Below are positions 1-10,793 of a DNA stretch of 64,000 nucleotides, one piece after another. Location: contig CAXXWS020000004.1 of the NCBI GenBank assembly GCA_963665325.3, positions 96,001 through 160,000 of the forward strand. The letters are read 5' to 3'. The position numbers were made by a program, and so were the translations under genes. Origin of the DNA: Alphaproteobacteria bacterium. Its GTDB lineage: Bacteria > Pseudomonadota > Alphaproteobacteria > Bin95. Within the stretch, counting starts at the first letter, position 1, and every line of letters begins with the position of its first letter. The notes beneath the pieces were generated by a model. It saw only the letters and a program-made list of their open reading frames with translations, had not been told where the DNA came from and searched no databases.

Positions 1-1557
1 GCTCACCTGCGCACCGTCCTGAGGCGGTCGCGGCGCCAGAAGAAAACGATCAAGACCCTGTCGAGGGAGAACGCCCGGTTGCGCAGAACCGTGAAGGGCG
101 CGCGGAACCGGATCGAGGCGCTGGAAGCCGAGACCACGAAGCTCCGTGCAACCGGGAAGGTGCTGTCGAAGAGGCTCTATGGGCGCAAGAGCGAGCAGCA
201 GAACAAGCCGCGCTCGGACCGCAAGCGCGGCCAGCAGCGCGGCGCGCCCGGTCACGGCCGCACTCGGCGGCCCGGGCTCGAGGAGCGCCCTGAAGTCCAC
301 GCCCCGCCGCCGGAGGCGTGCGTGTGCGCGCAATGCGGGGAGCCTTACGCCGCGAACGGCGTCGAGGAATCCACCCTCGTCGAGATCGAGGTCAAGGCCC
401 ACAAGCGCGTGATCCAGCGCCCACGCATGCGCCGGACCTGCGAGTGCGCGTCCTCGCCGATGGAAGTGTCCGCGCCCCCGGTGGCGCGGCTGTTCCGCGG
501 CACGCCCTACGGAATCACCTTCTGGGCGCGCTTCCTCTTCGAACTCAGTGTCGGGCTGCGCCCGCTGAGCCGGACCGCGGCATGGATGTCGGCCCAGGGG
601 CTGGCGGTGTCGCCGGGGACGCTGGCCGACAGCCTGAAGCGCTTCGTGCCGCTGTTCCTGCCGCTGTTCGAGGCGATTCTCGCGCACCAGAACGAGGCGG
701 TGGTGCGCCATGCCGACGAGACCTCCTGGCGTGTGCAGGAGCTGCGCGGGGAAGATCGGTCGAACCGGGCCTGGCTGTGGACCTCGGTCAGCCACGACGC
801 GGTCTGCTTCCACATCGACCCGAGCCGCAGCGCCGAGGCGGCGCTCAAGCTGTTCGCCGAAGCCCTGCCCCACACGATCGTCGTCTGCGACCGCTACAGC
901 GCATACAAGCGGCTCGTGCGCCTTCTCGGGGGCAAGGTGATCCTCGCCTTCTGCTGGTCCCATGTGCGCCGCGACTACATCGAGGCCGCGGCCGGCCAGG
1001 AACGGCTGACGCAATGGTGCCAGGAATGGATCGAGCGGATCGCGGAGATCTTCCGGCTGAACGATGCGCGGCTGGAACATTACAAGCCCGGCCGCAAACG
1101 CCAGACTGCGGCGTTCAGGAAAGCGACGCGCAAACTGAAGAAGGCGCTCGACCGCCTGTTCGCGCACGCCGAGGCGGAGCTGGCCGCTCTGCCGGAGCAC
1201 GCGCGCGAAGGCAAGGCGCTGCGTTCGCTTCTCAACCATCGCGAGGGGCTGTGCGTCTTCGTCGACCACCCGCAAGTGCCCCTCACGAATAATGTCGCCG
1301 AAAGAATCTTGCGTGCTCCGGCAATCGGACGGGGGCTGAGCTTCGGTTCCAACAGCGCGGACGGCGCGGAGTTCACCGCGATCATGTACTCGGTCGTCGG
1401 CACGCTCTCGATGAACGGCATCGACGTGCTGCGCTGGCTGGAAGCGTGGCTGGCGGCGTGTGCGGAAAATGGCCGCCAGCCGCCGGACGACTTGTCGGCC
1501 TGGCTGCCCTGGTCGATGAGCGAGGAGCGCAGGCTCAAGTTCACGGCCCCGGGATGA
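1..1557 (+). CDS. tnpC: IS66-family DDE transposase TnpC (5' end outside window)
   Basis: Frame open from base 1. Coiled-coil N-terminus, LYGRKSE, CxCxxCG zinc finger, HADETSW, VCDRYSAY, CWSHVRR, TNNVAERILR, WLPW C-terminus. Confidence 0.93.
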   Translation, partial: AHLRTVLRRSRRQKKTIKTLSRENARLRRTVKGARNRIEALEAETTKLRATGKVLSKRLYGRKSEQQNKPRSDRKRGQQRGAPGHGRTRRPGLEERPEVHAPPPEACVCAQCGEPYAANGVEESTLVEIEVKAHKRVIQRPRMRRTCECASSPMEVSAPPVARLFRGTPYGITFWARFLFELSVGLRPLSRTAAWMSAQGLAVSPGTLADSLKRFVPLFLPLFEAILAHQNEAVVRHADETSWRVQELRGEDRSNRAWLWTSVSHDAVCFHIDPSRSAEAALKLFAEALPHTIVVCDRYSAYKRLVRLLGGKVILAFCWSHVRRDYIEAAAGQERLTQWCQEWIERIAEIFRLNDARLEHYKPGRKRQTAAFRKATRKLKKALDRLFAHAEAELAALPEHAREGKALRSLLNHREGLCVFVDHPQVPLTNNVAERILRAPAIGRGLSFGSNSADGAEFTAIMYSVVGTLSMNGIDVLRWLEAWLAACAENGRQPPDDLSAWLPWSMSEERRLKFTAPG

Positions 1558-2435
1558 CCGGCGCCATCGAGTGCCGCTACTACGGTCGCGACTTCACCGC
1601 CGATGAAATGGCGCTGCTGCGCTCCCTGATCGCCGGGCCTCCGGCGTTCAACCGCCATGCCCTGTCGAAGGAGTTCTGCCGGCGCATCGGCTGGCTCAAG
1701 CCCGACGGCGGCCTCAAGGACATGATGGCCCGCGTCACCATGCTCGCCATGCACCGCGACGGGGTGATCGCCCTGCCGCCGCCGAAGGGTAAGCAGGGCC
1801 GGCCCAAGCCCATGGTCTTCGGACCGGAGACCGAGCCGCCGCTGTTCCCCGCACCGACGACGCTTGACGAGGTGCGCCCGCTCGACTTCCGCACCGTCGT
1901 GCGCGAGACTCGCGAGGGCAGGCTGTGGAACGAGTTCGTCGCCCGCTACCACTACCTCGGATACAAGACCCTGGTCGGCGCCCAGATGCGCTACGCCGTC
2001 CACGACCGCAACGGCTGGCCCATCGCCATGCTCGGCTTCTCCACCGCCGCCTGGAAGCTCGCCCCGCGCGACCGCTTCATCGGCTGGGCGCCCGAGCTGC
2101 GCGAGAAGAACCTGCCGCTGGTGGTGGACAACCCCAGGTTCCTGATATTGCCGTGGATCGCGATTCCCAACCTCGGCTCGCACATCCTCGCCATCGTGCG
2201 CCGCCGCCTGCCCGGGGACTGGACCGAACGCTACAACACCAACCCCGTGCTCATCGAGACCTTCGTCGAGACCCCGCGCTACACCGGCGCTGTCTACCGG
2301 GCGTCGGGCTGGATCCATGTCGGAACCACCCAGGGCCGGGGACGCTACGACCGCGACAAGCTCTACGAAAAGCCCCGCAAGGATGTCTGGCTCCGACCCC
2401 TCCGACGCGATTGGCGGCGAACCCTCAATCGCTGA
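1554..2435 (+). CDS. DUF4338 (Druantia DruA-like) domain protein
   Basis: ATGA overlap with the tnpC stop. Motifs YHYLGY..LVGAQMRY, AWKLAPRDRFIGW, NPRFLILPW..IPNLGSHIL, ETFVE...G..YRASGW..VG.TQGRGR. Confidence 0.88.
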   Translation: MTGAIECRYYGRDFTADEMALLRSLIAGPPAFNRHALSKEFCRRIGWLKPDGGLKDMMARVTMLAMHRDGVIALPPPKGKQGRPKPMVFGPETEPPLFPAPTTLDEVRPLDFRTVVRETREGRLWNEFVARYHYLGYKTLVGAQMRYAVHDRNGWPIAMLGFSTAAWKLAPRDRFIGWAPELREKNLPLVVDNPRFLILPWIAIPNLGSHILAIVRRRLPGDWTERYNTNPVLIETFVETPRYTGAVYRASGWIHVGTTQGRGRYDRDKLYEKPRKDVWLRPLRRDWRRTLNR

Positions 2436-2472
2436 TATCGTCGTCCTCTCCACGGCTCGCCCGAAGGCTTAC

Positions 2473-2684
2473 AGCTGGACGCGGTCGGTCCCGTGCTCGG
2501 GTTCTCGTTCAATGACGTGACCGCAGCGGACGGCTGGGCGGCGATGAACCCGGCCAACTGGCAGGCGCAGATCGACACCTATGCGGGGCTCAAGCAGTTC
2601 AAGGGAGACACGCCCACCGTGGACGATGTCATGACCACGGATATCCTGGCGGCGACGGAAGCGCTGAGGAAGCAGATTGGATGA
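2473..2684 (+). pseudogene. 3' remnant of an NMT1/SsuA-type ABC substrate-binding protein, cut by IS66
   Basis: Frame LDAVGPVLGFSFN...GWAAMNPANWQAQIDTY...VDDVMTTDIL starts at the IS66 end, and its stop overlaps the ATPase start. Confidence 0.7.
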
Positions 2685-3493
2685 CGGCTGCCACTGCCGC
2701 GGCGACGGGAACTGACGTCACCGCCGCCGCGGCAATCTCGGTGCGCGGGCTGTCGGTCCGTTTCGATGGAGACGCCGGCAGCATCACCGCGCTGGACAAG
2801 GTCGGCTTCGAGGTGCCGGAGGGCGGCTTCGTCACCATGCTGGGGCCGTCGGGATGCGGCAAGTCGACATTGCTGCGCGCCATTGCCGATCTGGTTCCGA
2901 TCGGGGACGGCGCAATCAGCGTCTTCGGCCGCACGCCGGAGCAGGCCCGCCGGGCGCGCGACTTCGCCTTTGTCTTCCAGGACGCGACGCTGCTGCCCTG
3001 GCGCAGCGCCATCGACAATGTCCGCCTGCCGCTGGAGGTCGGCCGGCAAAGCGGCGTCGTCGAGCAGCATGCCGAACCCGAAGCGCTGCTGGCGCTCGTC
3101 GGCCTGGACGGGCGCGAGAACGCCCTGCCGCACGAACTCTCGGGCGGCATGCGCCAGCGCGTGTCCATCGCCCGGGCACTGGTCCACCGGCCGCGCGTGC
3201 TGCTGATGGACGAGCCCTTCGGCGCGCTCGACGAGATCACCCGCGACAAGCTCAACGAAGAACTCCTGCGTATCTGGCGCGAGACCGGCACCACCATCAT
3301 GTTCGTCACCCACTCGGTGCCCGAGGCGGCCTTCCTCGGCCAGAAGTGCCTGGTGCTGTCGGCCCAGCCCGGCCGGGTCCGTGAACTCGTGAGCATCGAC
3401 TTCGCCGAGCCGAGGGCTCTGGCCATGCGCGACACGCTTGAGTTCGTGCAGGTCACTGCGCATCTGCGCAGCCTGCTGGAGGAGGCGCGATGA
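2681..3493 (+). CDS. NitT/TauT-family ABC transporter ATP-binding protein
   Basis: [42 protein letters not shown]. Confidence 0.95.
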   Translation: MTAATAAATGTDVTAAAAISVRGLSVRFDGDAGSITALDKVGFEVPEGGFVTMLGPSGCGKSTLLRAIADLVPIGDGAISVFGRTPEQARRARDFAFVFQDATLLPWRSAIDNVRLPLEVGRQSGVVEQHAEPEALLALVGLDGRENALPHELSGGMRQRVSIARALVHRPRVLLMDEPFGALDEITRDKLNEELLRIWRETGTTIMFVTHSVPEAAFLGQKCLVLSAQPGRVRELVSIDFAEPRALAMRDTLEFVQVTAHLRSLLEEAR

Positions 3494-4337
3494 CCACGGC
3501 GAGCGTCGGCGGCAAAGGTGCCGGGACGACGCCGGCCGACACCCGCGGGATCGCCCGGGAAACCCGCACCCGCCCCCGGCCGCCCGGCGGTTCCGTCATG
3601 CTCCGCCGATCGTTGCCGCCGCCGGGATGCTGGCGCTCTGGCAACTGATCGTCAGCGGATTCGGCGTGCCGAGCTACATCGCGCCAAGCCCGGTCCAGGT
3701 TCTCCGGGTGTTCTTCGAACAGGGCGAGATCCTCTGGATCAACTTCTGGCCGACGCTGCTCGAAGCGGCGGCCGGGTTTGCGCTCGGCAACTCGATCGCG
3801 GTGATGCTGGCGGTGTGGTTCGTCCACAGCCGGCTGGCGGAGCGCGCCTTCTACCCGATCGCGGTCTTCATCAACACCATCCCGATCATCGCCGTGGCGC
3901 CGATCCTGGTGCTGATACTGGGCAACGGTTATGCGCCGAAGATCGTCATCGCCGCGCTCATCTGCTTCTTCCCCACCCTGGTCAACATGGTGCGCGGCCT
4001 GAAGGCGGTCAGCCCGCAGATGCTGGAGCTGATGCGGGTGCTGTCGGCCAGCGACCGGGAAATCCTGTGGAAGATCAGGCTGCAAAGCTCCCTGCCGTTC
4101 CTGTTCGCGGCGTTGAAGATCGCATCGACCACCTGCGTCATCGGCGCCATCGTCGGCGAGTGGATCGGCTCCAACTACGGCCTGGGCTCCCTCATCATCG
4201 AGGCCACCTACAACTTCCGCGCCCCGCTGCTCTACGCCACCGTGATTCTGGGGGCAGGCCTGGCGGTGGCGTTCTTCGTGACCACGACCCTCATCGAACG
4301 GCGGATTCTGAAATGGAAGCCGGGCGCGGTCTTCTGA
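3490..4337 (+). pseudogene. NitT/TauT ABC permease, probably frameshifted near its 5' end
   Basis: The ATGA-coupled start at 3490 runs to a stop near 3648, while the permease body (PSYIAPSP, EWIGSNYGLG) is in another frame. A shorter product from ATG 3628 is an alternative. Confidence 0.6.
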
Positions 4338-4406
4338 ACGGAAAGACCGGGATCGTGCCGGCCGGCGCCCGGCACTCGACAGTGAACAGACGACGGAGAC
4401 GAGCAC

Positions 4407-5768
4407 ATGGCATCCCCGGAAATACTGACCCGGCCCCAGGCCGACGTGCCGGTCGTCGCCACCGCCGGCGTGGCGGTCGTGGGCGGCGGACCGGCCGGCA
4501 TCGCAGCCGCGGTATCGGCCGCCCGCAACGGCGCGCCGACGGTGCTGGTCGAGCGCTATCCCTATCTCGGCGGTCTTGCCACGGGCGGCATGGTGCTGGT
4601 GCTGGACGACATGCACAACGATCTGGAGATCTCGGTGCGCGGCCTGGCGATGGAGATCATCGAGCGCATGCACGCCAGGGGGCTGTGCGTATATCCGCCG
4701 GAGGCCGACCGCGATCCCGCAATCCGGGCGACCGAGGCGCTCTAGCGCAAGTGGTCCCGGTGGGGCGTGTTCGACTTCCATACCCGCACCAAACCCCATC
4801 CGGTCATCTTCGCCGCGGCCTTCGACCCGGACGGCTTCAAGCAGGCTTCGCTCGACATGGTGCGCGAGGCCGGCGTCAATCTGCGCCTGCACAGCTGGTT
4901 CCAGTCCACGATCGTCGAGGACGGGCGGGCCGCCGGGGTGATCGTCGAGACCAAGGAAGGCCCGCAGGCCATCCGCGCCGAGGTGGTCATCGACGCCACC
5001 GGGGACCTCGATGTCGCGGCGAGCGCCGGTGCCCCCTTCGCCGAGGGCGCGTTCATCGTAACCACCGTGTCGCGCATGGGCGGCGTCGATACGGACACGG
5101 CCGAGCGGTTCCAGTTCGAGGAGCCGGAACGGTTCGCGGAGCTCGACAAGCAGGCGAAGAGCCTGATCGGCGGCTGCTGGCAGTACTGGTGGCTGAAGAC
5201 GCCGCTCCCCGGCGTGGTGTGGTGCAATTGTCCGCACATGACCGGCTTCGACGGCATGAAGGTGGCGGACCTGACGGCCGCGGAGTTCGAGGGCCGGCGG
5301 CGCATGCAGGCCTTGCTGGAGTTTGCGCGCACGCACATTCCGGGCTTCGAGCGCGCCTATTTCGTGGATTTCGCGCCCCAGACCGGGGTGCGCCAGACGC
5401 GCCTGCTCGAAGGCGAGTATGTGGTCACCAGGCGCGACGTGATGGACCGCGTGCATTTTCACGACTCCGTCTGCCGCGGCCGGGACTACTACACCCCTTA
5501 CCGTGCCTTGCTCCCGGTGGGCGTGGAGCAGGTTCTCGTGGCCGGCCGCCACTACTCGGCAACGCCGCAGGCCCAGAAGGTGAGCCGGGAGATTCCGCCC
5601 TGCATGGCCATGGGTGAAGCCGTCGGCATCGCCGCCGCGCAATCACTGGACAGCGGCACGCTGGTTCGCAATGTGGACGTGCGCGCCATCCAGAGGCAGA
5701 TGCGCGCCCAGGGCGCGGACCCGGGCGACATACCGGCCGACAATGCCCGGTTGCCGGAGGCTGCCTGA
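4407..5768 (+). pseudogene. FAD-dependent oxidoreductase interrupted by an in-frame TAG at 4743-4745
   Basis: VVGGGPAGIAAA, VIDATGDLD, PYRALLP, CMAMGEAVG. ORFs 4407-4745 and 4767-5768 share one frame. Confidence 0.85.
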
Positions 5769-6542
5769 TGTCGCCGGATTCGAATGCCGGTGCCGCCGCC
5801 GGGCTTCCTCTCGAAGGCGTGCGGGTGCTCGACTTCACCCAGGTGATGATGGGCCCGTGCTGCACGCAGATGCTGGCCGACTACGGCGCCGACGTCATCA
5901 AGATCGAGCGGGCCGGATGGGGCGACCTTTCCCGCTGGAGCGTCGGCGAAGACCCTGACGGCGGCAACAATCCGGTATTCGCGAGCCTCAACCGCAACAA
6001 GCGCAGCGTCGCAATCGACCTGAAGACGGAGGAAGACCGGGCCGCAGTGCTGCGCCTCGTCGAGACCTCCGACGTGGTGGTGAACAATTTTCGCCCCGGC
6101 GTCATGGATCGGATGGGCTTCGGATACGACGATCTGCGCCGTATCAATCCCCGGATCGTTTACGCGGTTGGCACCGGCTTCGGCCTGGACGGCCCCTATG
6201 TGCACAAGGGCGGCCAGGACGTGCTCGCCCAGGCGATGAGCGGCGCGATGCACCGCCGCTCGGACCCGTCGGTCCCGCTTACCGTCTATCCGACGGCGCT
6301 CGCCGACTACGCGGCCGGCATGCACATGGTCCAGGGCATCCTGCTGGCGTTGCTGCAGCGCGGGAAAACCGGCGAGGGGCAGCAGATTGCCGTATCGCTC
6401 TTCAACTCCATGCTGGCGATGCAGATGCAGGAAGCGGCGGTGTGGATGATGCGCGGGCGGGAGCTCAACTGGGCGGCCATGCCGCTGTCCGGCGTGTTCG
6501 AGACCCTGGACGGCGCCGTCGTCATGGTCGGAGCGTTCAAGC
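5768..6542 (+). pseudogene. CaiB/BaiF (family III) CoA-transferase truncated by IS21
   Basis: LEGVRVLDFTQ..GP...LADYGADVIKIE, NRNKRS, NFRPG. Only about 258 codons precede the IS21 left end at 6543. Confidence 0.88.
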
Positions 6543-6652
6543 TGTTAACGGCGGCGGAATAATGCTCCACAGGAAGCGCCCGGTTGGTCGGGTCGCGGCG
6601 GCGCAAAATTGCGCCAGTGATGCCCCCTTGTCCGTTTGGTCGGGGGCGGGGG

Positions 6653-8155
6653 ATGTATGGGGTGGAGCTTTACGCAGCGGTACGACTTGCGGTTGTCGAG
6701 GAGGGTCTGAGCCATCATGAGGCCGGTCGGCGGTTCGGGATCGACCGTCGCACGGTGAAGAAGATGCTGAGCTATTCGGCGCCGCCGGGCTATCGGCGCC
6801 GGAAGCCGGTGCGTCGTCCGAAGCTGGACGGGTTCACCGGGATCGTCGATGCGATCCTGGAGGGGGACCGGGCGCCGGACGTGCCGGTCAAGCAGCGGCA
6901 CACGGCGCACCGGATTTTCGAACGGCTGCGTGACGAGCACGGGTTCACGGGCGGCTACACCATCGTGAAGGACTATGTGCGCTCGCGGCGGCAGTCGTCG
7001 CGCGAGGCCTTCGTGCCGCTGCATCATCCGCCGGGCCATGCGCAGGTCGACTTCGGCGAGGCGGTGGTCGAGGTCGGCGGGCGGCGCGAGAAGGTGGCTG
7101 TCTTCTGCCTGATCCTGCCGCATAGCGACCTGTGGTTCGTGAAGGCCTATCCGAAGGAGACGACGGAGGCGTTCCTGGACGGCCATGTCAGCGCCTTCGC
7201 CTTCCTCGGCGGGGTTCCGCTTTCGGTGCTTTACGACAACACGACCCTGGCAGTGGCGCGGATCCTGGGCGACGGCACGCGTCAGCGCACGCGGGCGTTC
7301 ACGCCTCTGCAGTCGCACTACCTGTTCCGCGACCGCTTCGGTCGTCCCGGCAAGGGCAACGACAAGGGCAAGGTGGAGGCGCTGGTGAAGACGGCGCGGC
7401 GCAAGTTCATGGTGCCGATCCCAAAGGTGCCCGATCTGGATGTTCTGAACGAGCGGCTTCTGGCGCGCTGCCTGGAGCGTCTCGACGCGCTGCAGCAGAG
7501 CGCGCAGGCGGCGGCGTTGCTCGCCGATCTCGACACCCTGCGCGATCTTCCGGGCGCGCCCTTCGAGGCGTGCGAGCATGTGCCGGGCCGCGTGTCCTCG
7601 ACGGCGCTGGTGCGCTACCGGTCGGTGGACTACTCGGCCCCGGCGGTGCACGCCCACAAGAAGGTGACGATCAAGGGCTATGTCGACCGGGTCGAGATCG
7701 CGCTCGGCGCCGGGATCGTCGCCCGCCACCGGCGTTCCTATGTCCGCGGCGACGTCGTTTACGACCCGCTGCACTATCTCTCGCTGCTGGAGAAGAAGCC
7801 GGGGGCGCTGGACCAGGCGGCGCCGTTGCGCGGCTGGAAGCTCGATCCAGCCTTCGACGCGTTGCGCCGCCTGCTCGAGGCGCGCTTCGGGCCGCGCGGC
7901 AAGCGGGACTACATCCAGACCCTGCGCCTGCTGGAGGACTTTCCGGAGCGCCAGGTGACGGCCGCGGTGCGGGACGCGGTGGCGCGCCGGCTGGTCGGCT
8001 TCGATGCCGTCAAGCACCTGCTGCTGGCGCGCATCGAGAAGCGTCCGGCCCATCTCGACCTGACGCGCTACCCGCACCTGCCGCAGCCCCTCGTCGCCGC
8101 CACCCGGGCCGGCGACTATGCCTCCCTGCTGGCCGGAGGGGGCAGTCGTGGCTGA
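6653..8155 (+). CDS. istA: IS21 transposase IstA
   Basis: N-terminal HTH, AQVDFGE, YDNT, GNDKGKVE, YSAP beta-barrel tail. Confidence 0.95.
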   Translation: MYGVELYAAVRLAVVEEGLSHHEAGRRFGIDRRTVKKMLSYSAPPGYRRRKPVRRPKLDGFTGIVDAILEGDRAPDVPVKQRHTAHRIFERLRDEHGFTGGYTIVKDYVRSRRQSSREAFVPLHHPPGHAQVDFGEAVVEVGGRREKVAVFCLILPHSDLWFVKAYPKETTEAFLDGHVSAFAFLGGVPLSVLYDNTTLAVARILGDGTRQRTRAFTPLQSHYLFRDRFGRPGKGNDKGKVEALVKTARRKFMVPIPKVPDLDVLNERLLARCLERLDALQQSAQAAALLADLDTLRDLPGAPFEACEHVPGRVSSTALVRYRSVDYSAPAVHAHKKVTIKGYVDRVEIALGAGIVARHRRSYVRGDVVYDPLHYLSLLEKKPGALDQAAPLRGWKLDPAFDALRRLLEARFGPRGKRDYIQTLRLLEDFPERQVTAAVRDAVARRLVGFDAVKHLLLARIEKRPAHLDLTRYPHLPQPLVAATRAGDYASLLAGGGSRG

Positions 8156-8912
8156 GGCGCCCCGCATCCTGCTCGAACACCACCTGAAGAAGCTCAAGCT
8201 GCCGACCGTCCTGCGGGAATACGAGAAGCTGGCCCGCCAGTGCGCGGCCGAGGGGCTGGATCATGTGCAGTTCCTCGCCCGGCTGGTGGAGATGGAGACG
8301 ATCGACCGCGAGCGCCGCCTGGTCGAGCGCCGCATCCGGCAGGCCAGGTTCCCGGTCGTCAAGCAGCTCGAGAGCTTCGACTTCAAGGCCATCCCCAGCC
8401 TCAACAAGATGCTGGTGCTCGACCTCGCGCGCGGCGATTACATCGAGCGGCGCGAGAACGCGATCCTGCTCGGCCCGAGCGGTGTGGGGAAGACGCACAT
8501 CGCTCTGGCCCTCGGCCTCGCCGCCTGCCAGAAGGGCCTCGCCGTGCGCTTCACCACCGCCTCCCAGCTGGTCCACGAGATGATCGAGGCGCGCGACGAG
8601 AAGAGGCTGCTCCGCCTCCAGGACCAGCTCGCCAGGGTCAGTCTGCTGATCGTCGACGAACTCGGATACGTGCCCCTCTCGCAGAGCGGAAGCGAGCTGC
8701 TGTTCGACATCTTCAGCCGCCGCTACGAAAACGGCGCCACAATCGTCACCTCGAACCTGCCCTTCCAGGAATGGACCTCGGTCTTCGCCAGCGAGCGGCT
8801 CACCGGCGCGCTGCTCGACCGCATCACCCACCATGTCCACATCCTGGAGATGAACGGCGAAAGCTACAGGCTCAAGCAAAGCCGGTCGCGACGACGGCCC
8901 CCCTCCGAATAA
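8148..8912 (+). CDS. istB: IS21 helper AAA+ ATPase IstB
   Basis: GPSGVGKTH, LLIVDELGY, TSNLPF.EW, ALLDRITHH, GESYR. Confidence 0.96.
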   Translation: MAEAPRILLEHHLKKLKLPTVLREYEKLARQCAAEGLDHVQFLARLVEMETIDRERRLVERRIRQARFPVVKQLESFDFKAIPSLNKMLVLDLARGDYIERRENAILLGPSGVGKTHIALALGLAACQKGLAVRFTTASQLVHEMIEARDEKRLLRLQDQLARVSLLIVDELGYVPLSQSGSELLFDIFSRRYENGATIVTSNLPFQEWTSVFASERLTGALLDRITHHVHILEMNGESYRLKQSRSRRRPPSE

Positions 8913-9088
8913 CCCGCTTGCTCCCATAGACCACAGGTCCCTCCCACGCGCGGGTCGACGCCAGCCACATGGAGGGCGCGCCGCCCCGCGCGCGGGGCCC
9001 TCCCATGGACTATGGGGACAAGCTACCGCCAAGCCCGTGGTACATCTTTACGCCGCCCCGCCGGTACATTTTTGCTCCGCCGTTGACA

Positions 9089-9397
9089 CATCGACGATCC
9101 CGGTGAACCCGTCCAGCTTCGGACGACGCACCGGCTTCCGGCGCCGATAGCCCGGCGGCGCCGAATAGCTCAGCATCTTCTTCACCGTGCGACGGTCGAT
9201 CCCGAACCGCCGACCGGCCTCATGATGGCTCAGACCCTCCTCGACAACCGCAAGTCGTACCGCTGCGTAAAGCTCCACCCCATACATCCCCCGCCCCCGA
9301 CCAAACGGACAAGGGGGCATCACTGGCGCAATTTTGCGCCGCCGCGACCCGACCAACCGGGCGCTTCCTGTGGAGCATTATTCCGCCGCCGTTAACA
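9089..9397 (-). mobile_element. Inverted 309-bp copy of the IS21 left end (IRL plus istA 5')
   Basis: Reverse complement of 6543-6851, abutting the IRR of the complete copy. Confidence 0.95.
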
Positions 9398-9717
9398 GGT
9401 AGGCCCTACCGCGGCCAGGCCGGTTACGCCCGCGTCCACCGACCCTACCCCTCAAGGGCAGGCTCAGCCGTCAGTGGGCGAGCATCGAACTTTTGAACCA
9501 GTCGGTGGAAGCTCATCTCGCTCCCTGGCGTTTCTGACGGCCCCCTTTGCGGTGCCTCCCTCGGCGCCTTGACGGCGCGATCCTGCACATGTCCGCGCCC
9601 CTTCACCCGAGGCGGTAGCGCGCACGTTCACGCGGTCAATATTGGCCGGCGAAAAGGAGTACCAACGCCAGACGGCTACGAATTGCCGGCCGCTTGAGGC
9701 AGGATCCGCCGAAGGAT

Positions 9718-10791
<1,074 letters not shown>

Positions 10792-10793
10792 CG

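Larger units (their letters stand above)
1..2472 (+). mobile_element. IS66-family element (left part outside window) carrying tnpC and a DUF4338 gene
   Basis: TnpC plus DUF4338 ORF. Ends ...CCGAAGGCTTAC at 2472 (IS66 ends read GTAA inward). Sequence after 2472 resumes an unrelated ABC binding-protein frame. Confidence 0.8.
6543..9088 (+). mobile_element. Complete IS21-family element
   Basis: IRL TGTTAACGGCGGCGGAATAATGCTCC and IRR (rc) TGTCAACGGCGGAGCAAAAATGTACC, subterminal GGCGG.. repeats, istA-istB. No flanking target duplication seen. Confidence 0.95.

Noticed and set aside
1554-2435. Complete Druantia defence system
   Set aside because: No DruE helicase or other Dru genes in the window, and the gene lies inside IS66.
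4743-4745. Amber read-through or recoding, given in-frame TAGs here, at 57757 and near 58291 (minus)
   Set aside because: Many intact genes end properly at TAG (28676, 29984, 37667, 48881, 50749), no pyl genes are present, and the operon has other lesions.
3453-5642. Long antisense or alternate-frame ORFs (also 6545-8197, 51624-53690 and others)
   Set aside because: Shadow frames of real genes in high-GC DNA, with no motifs.
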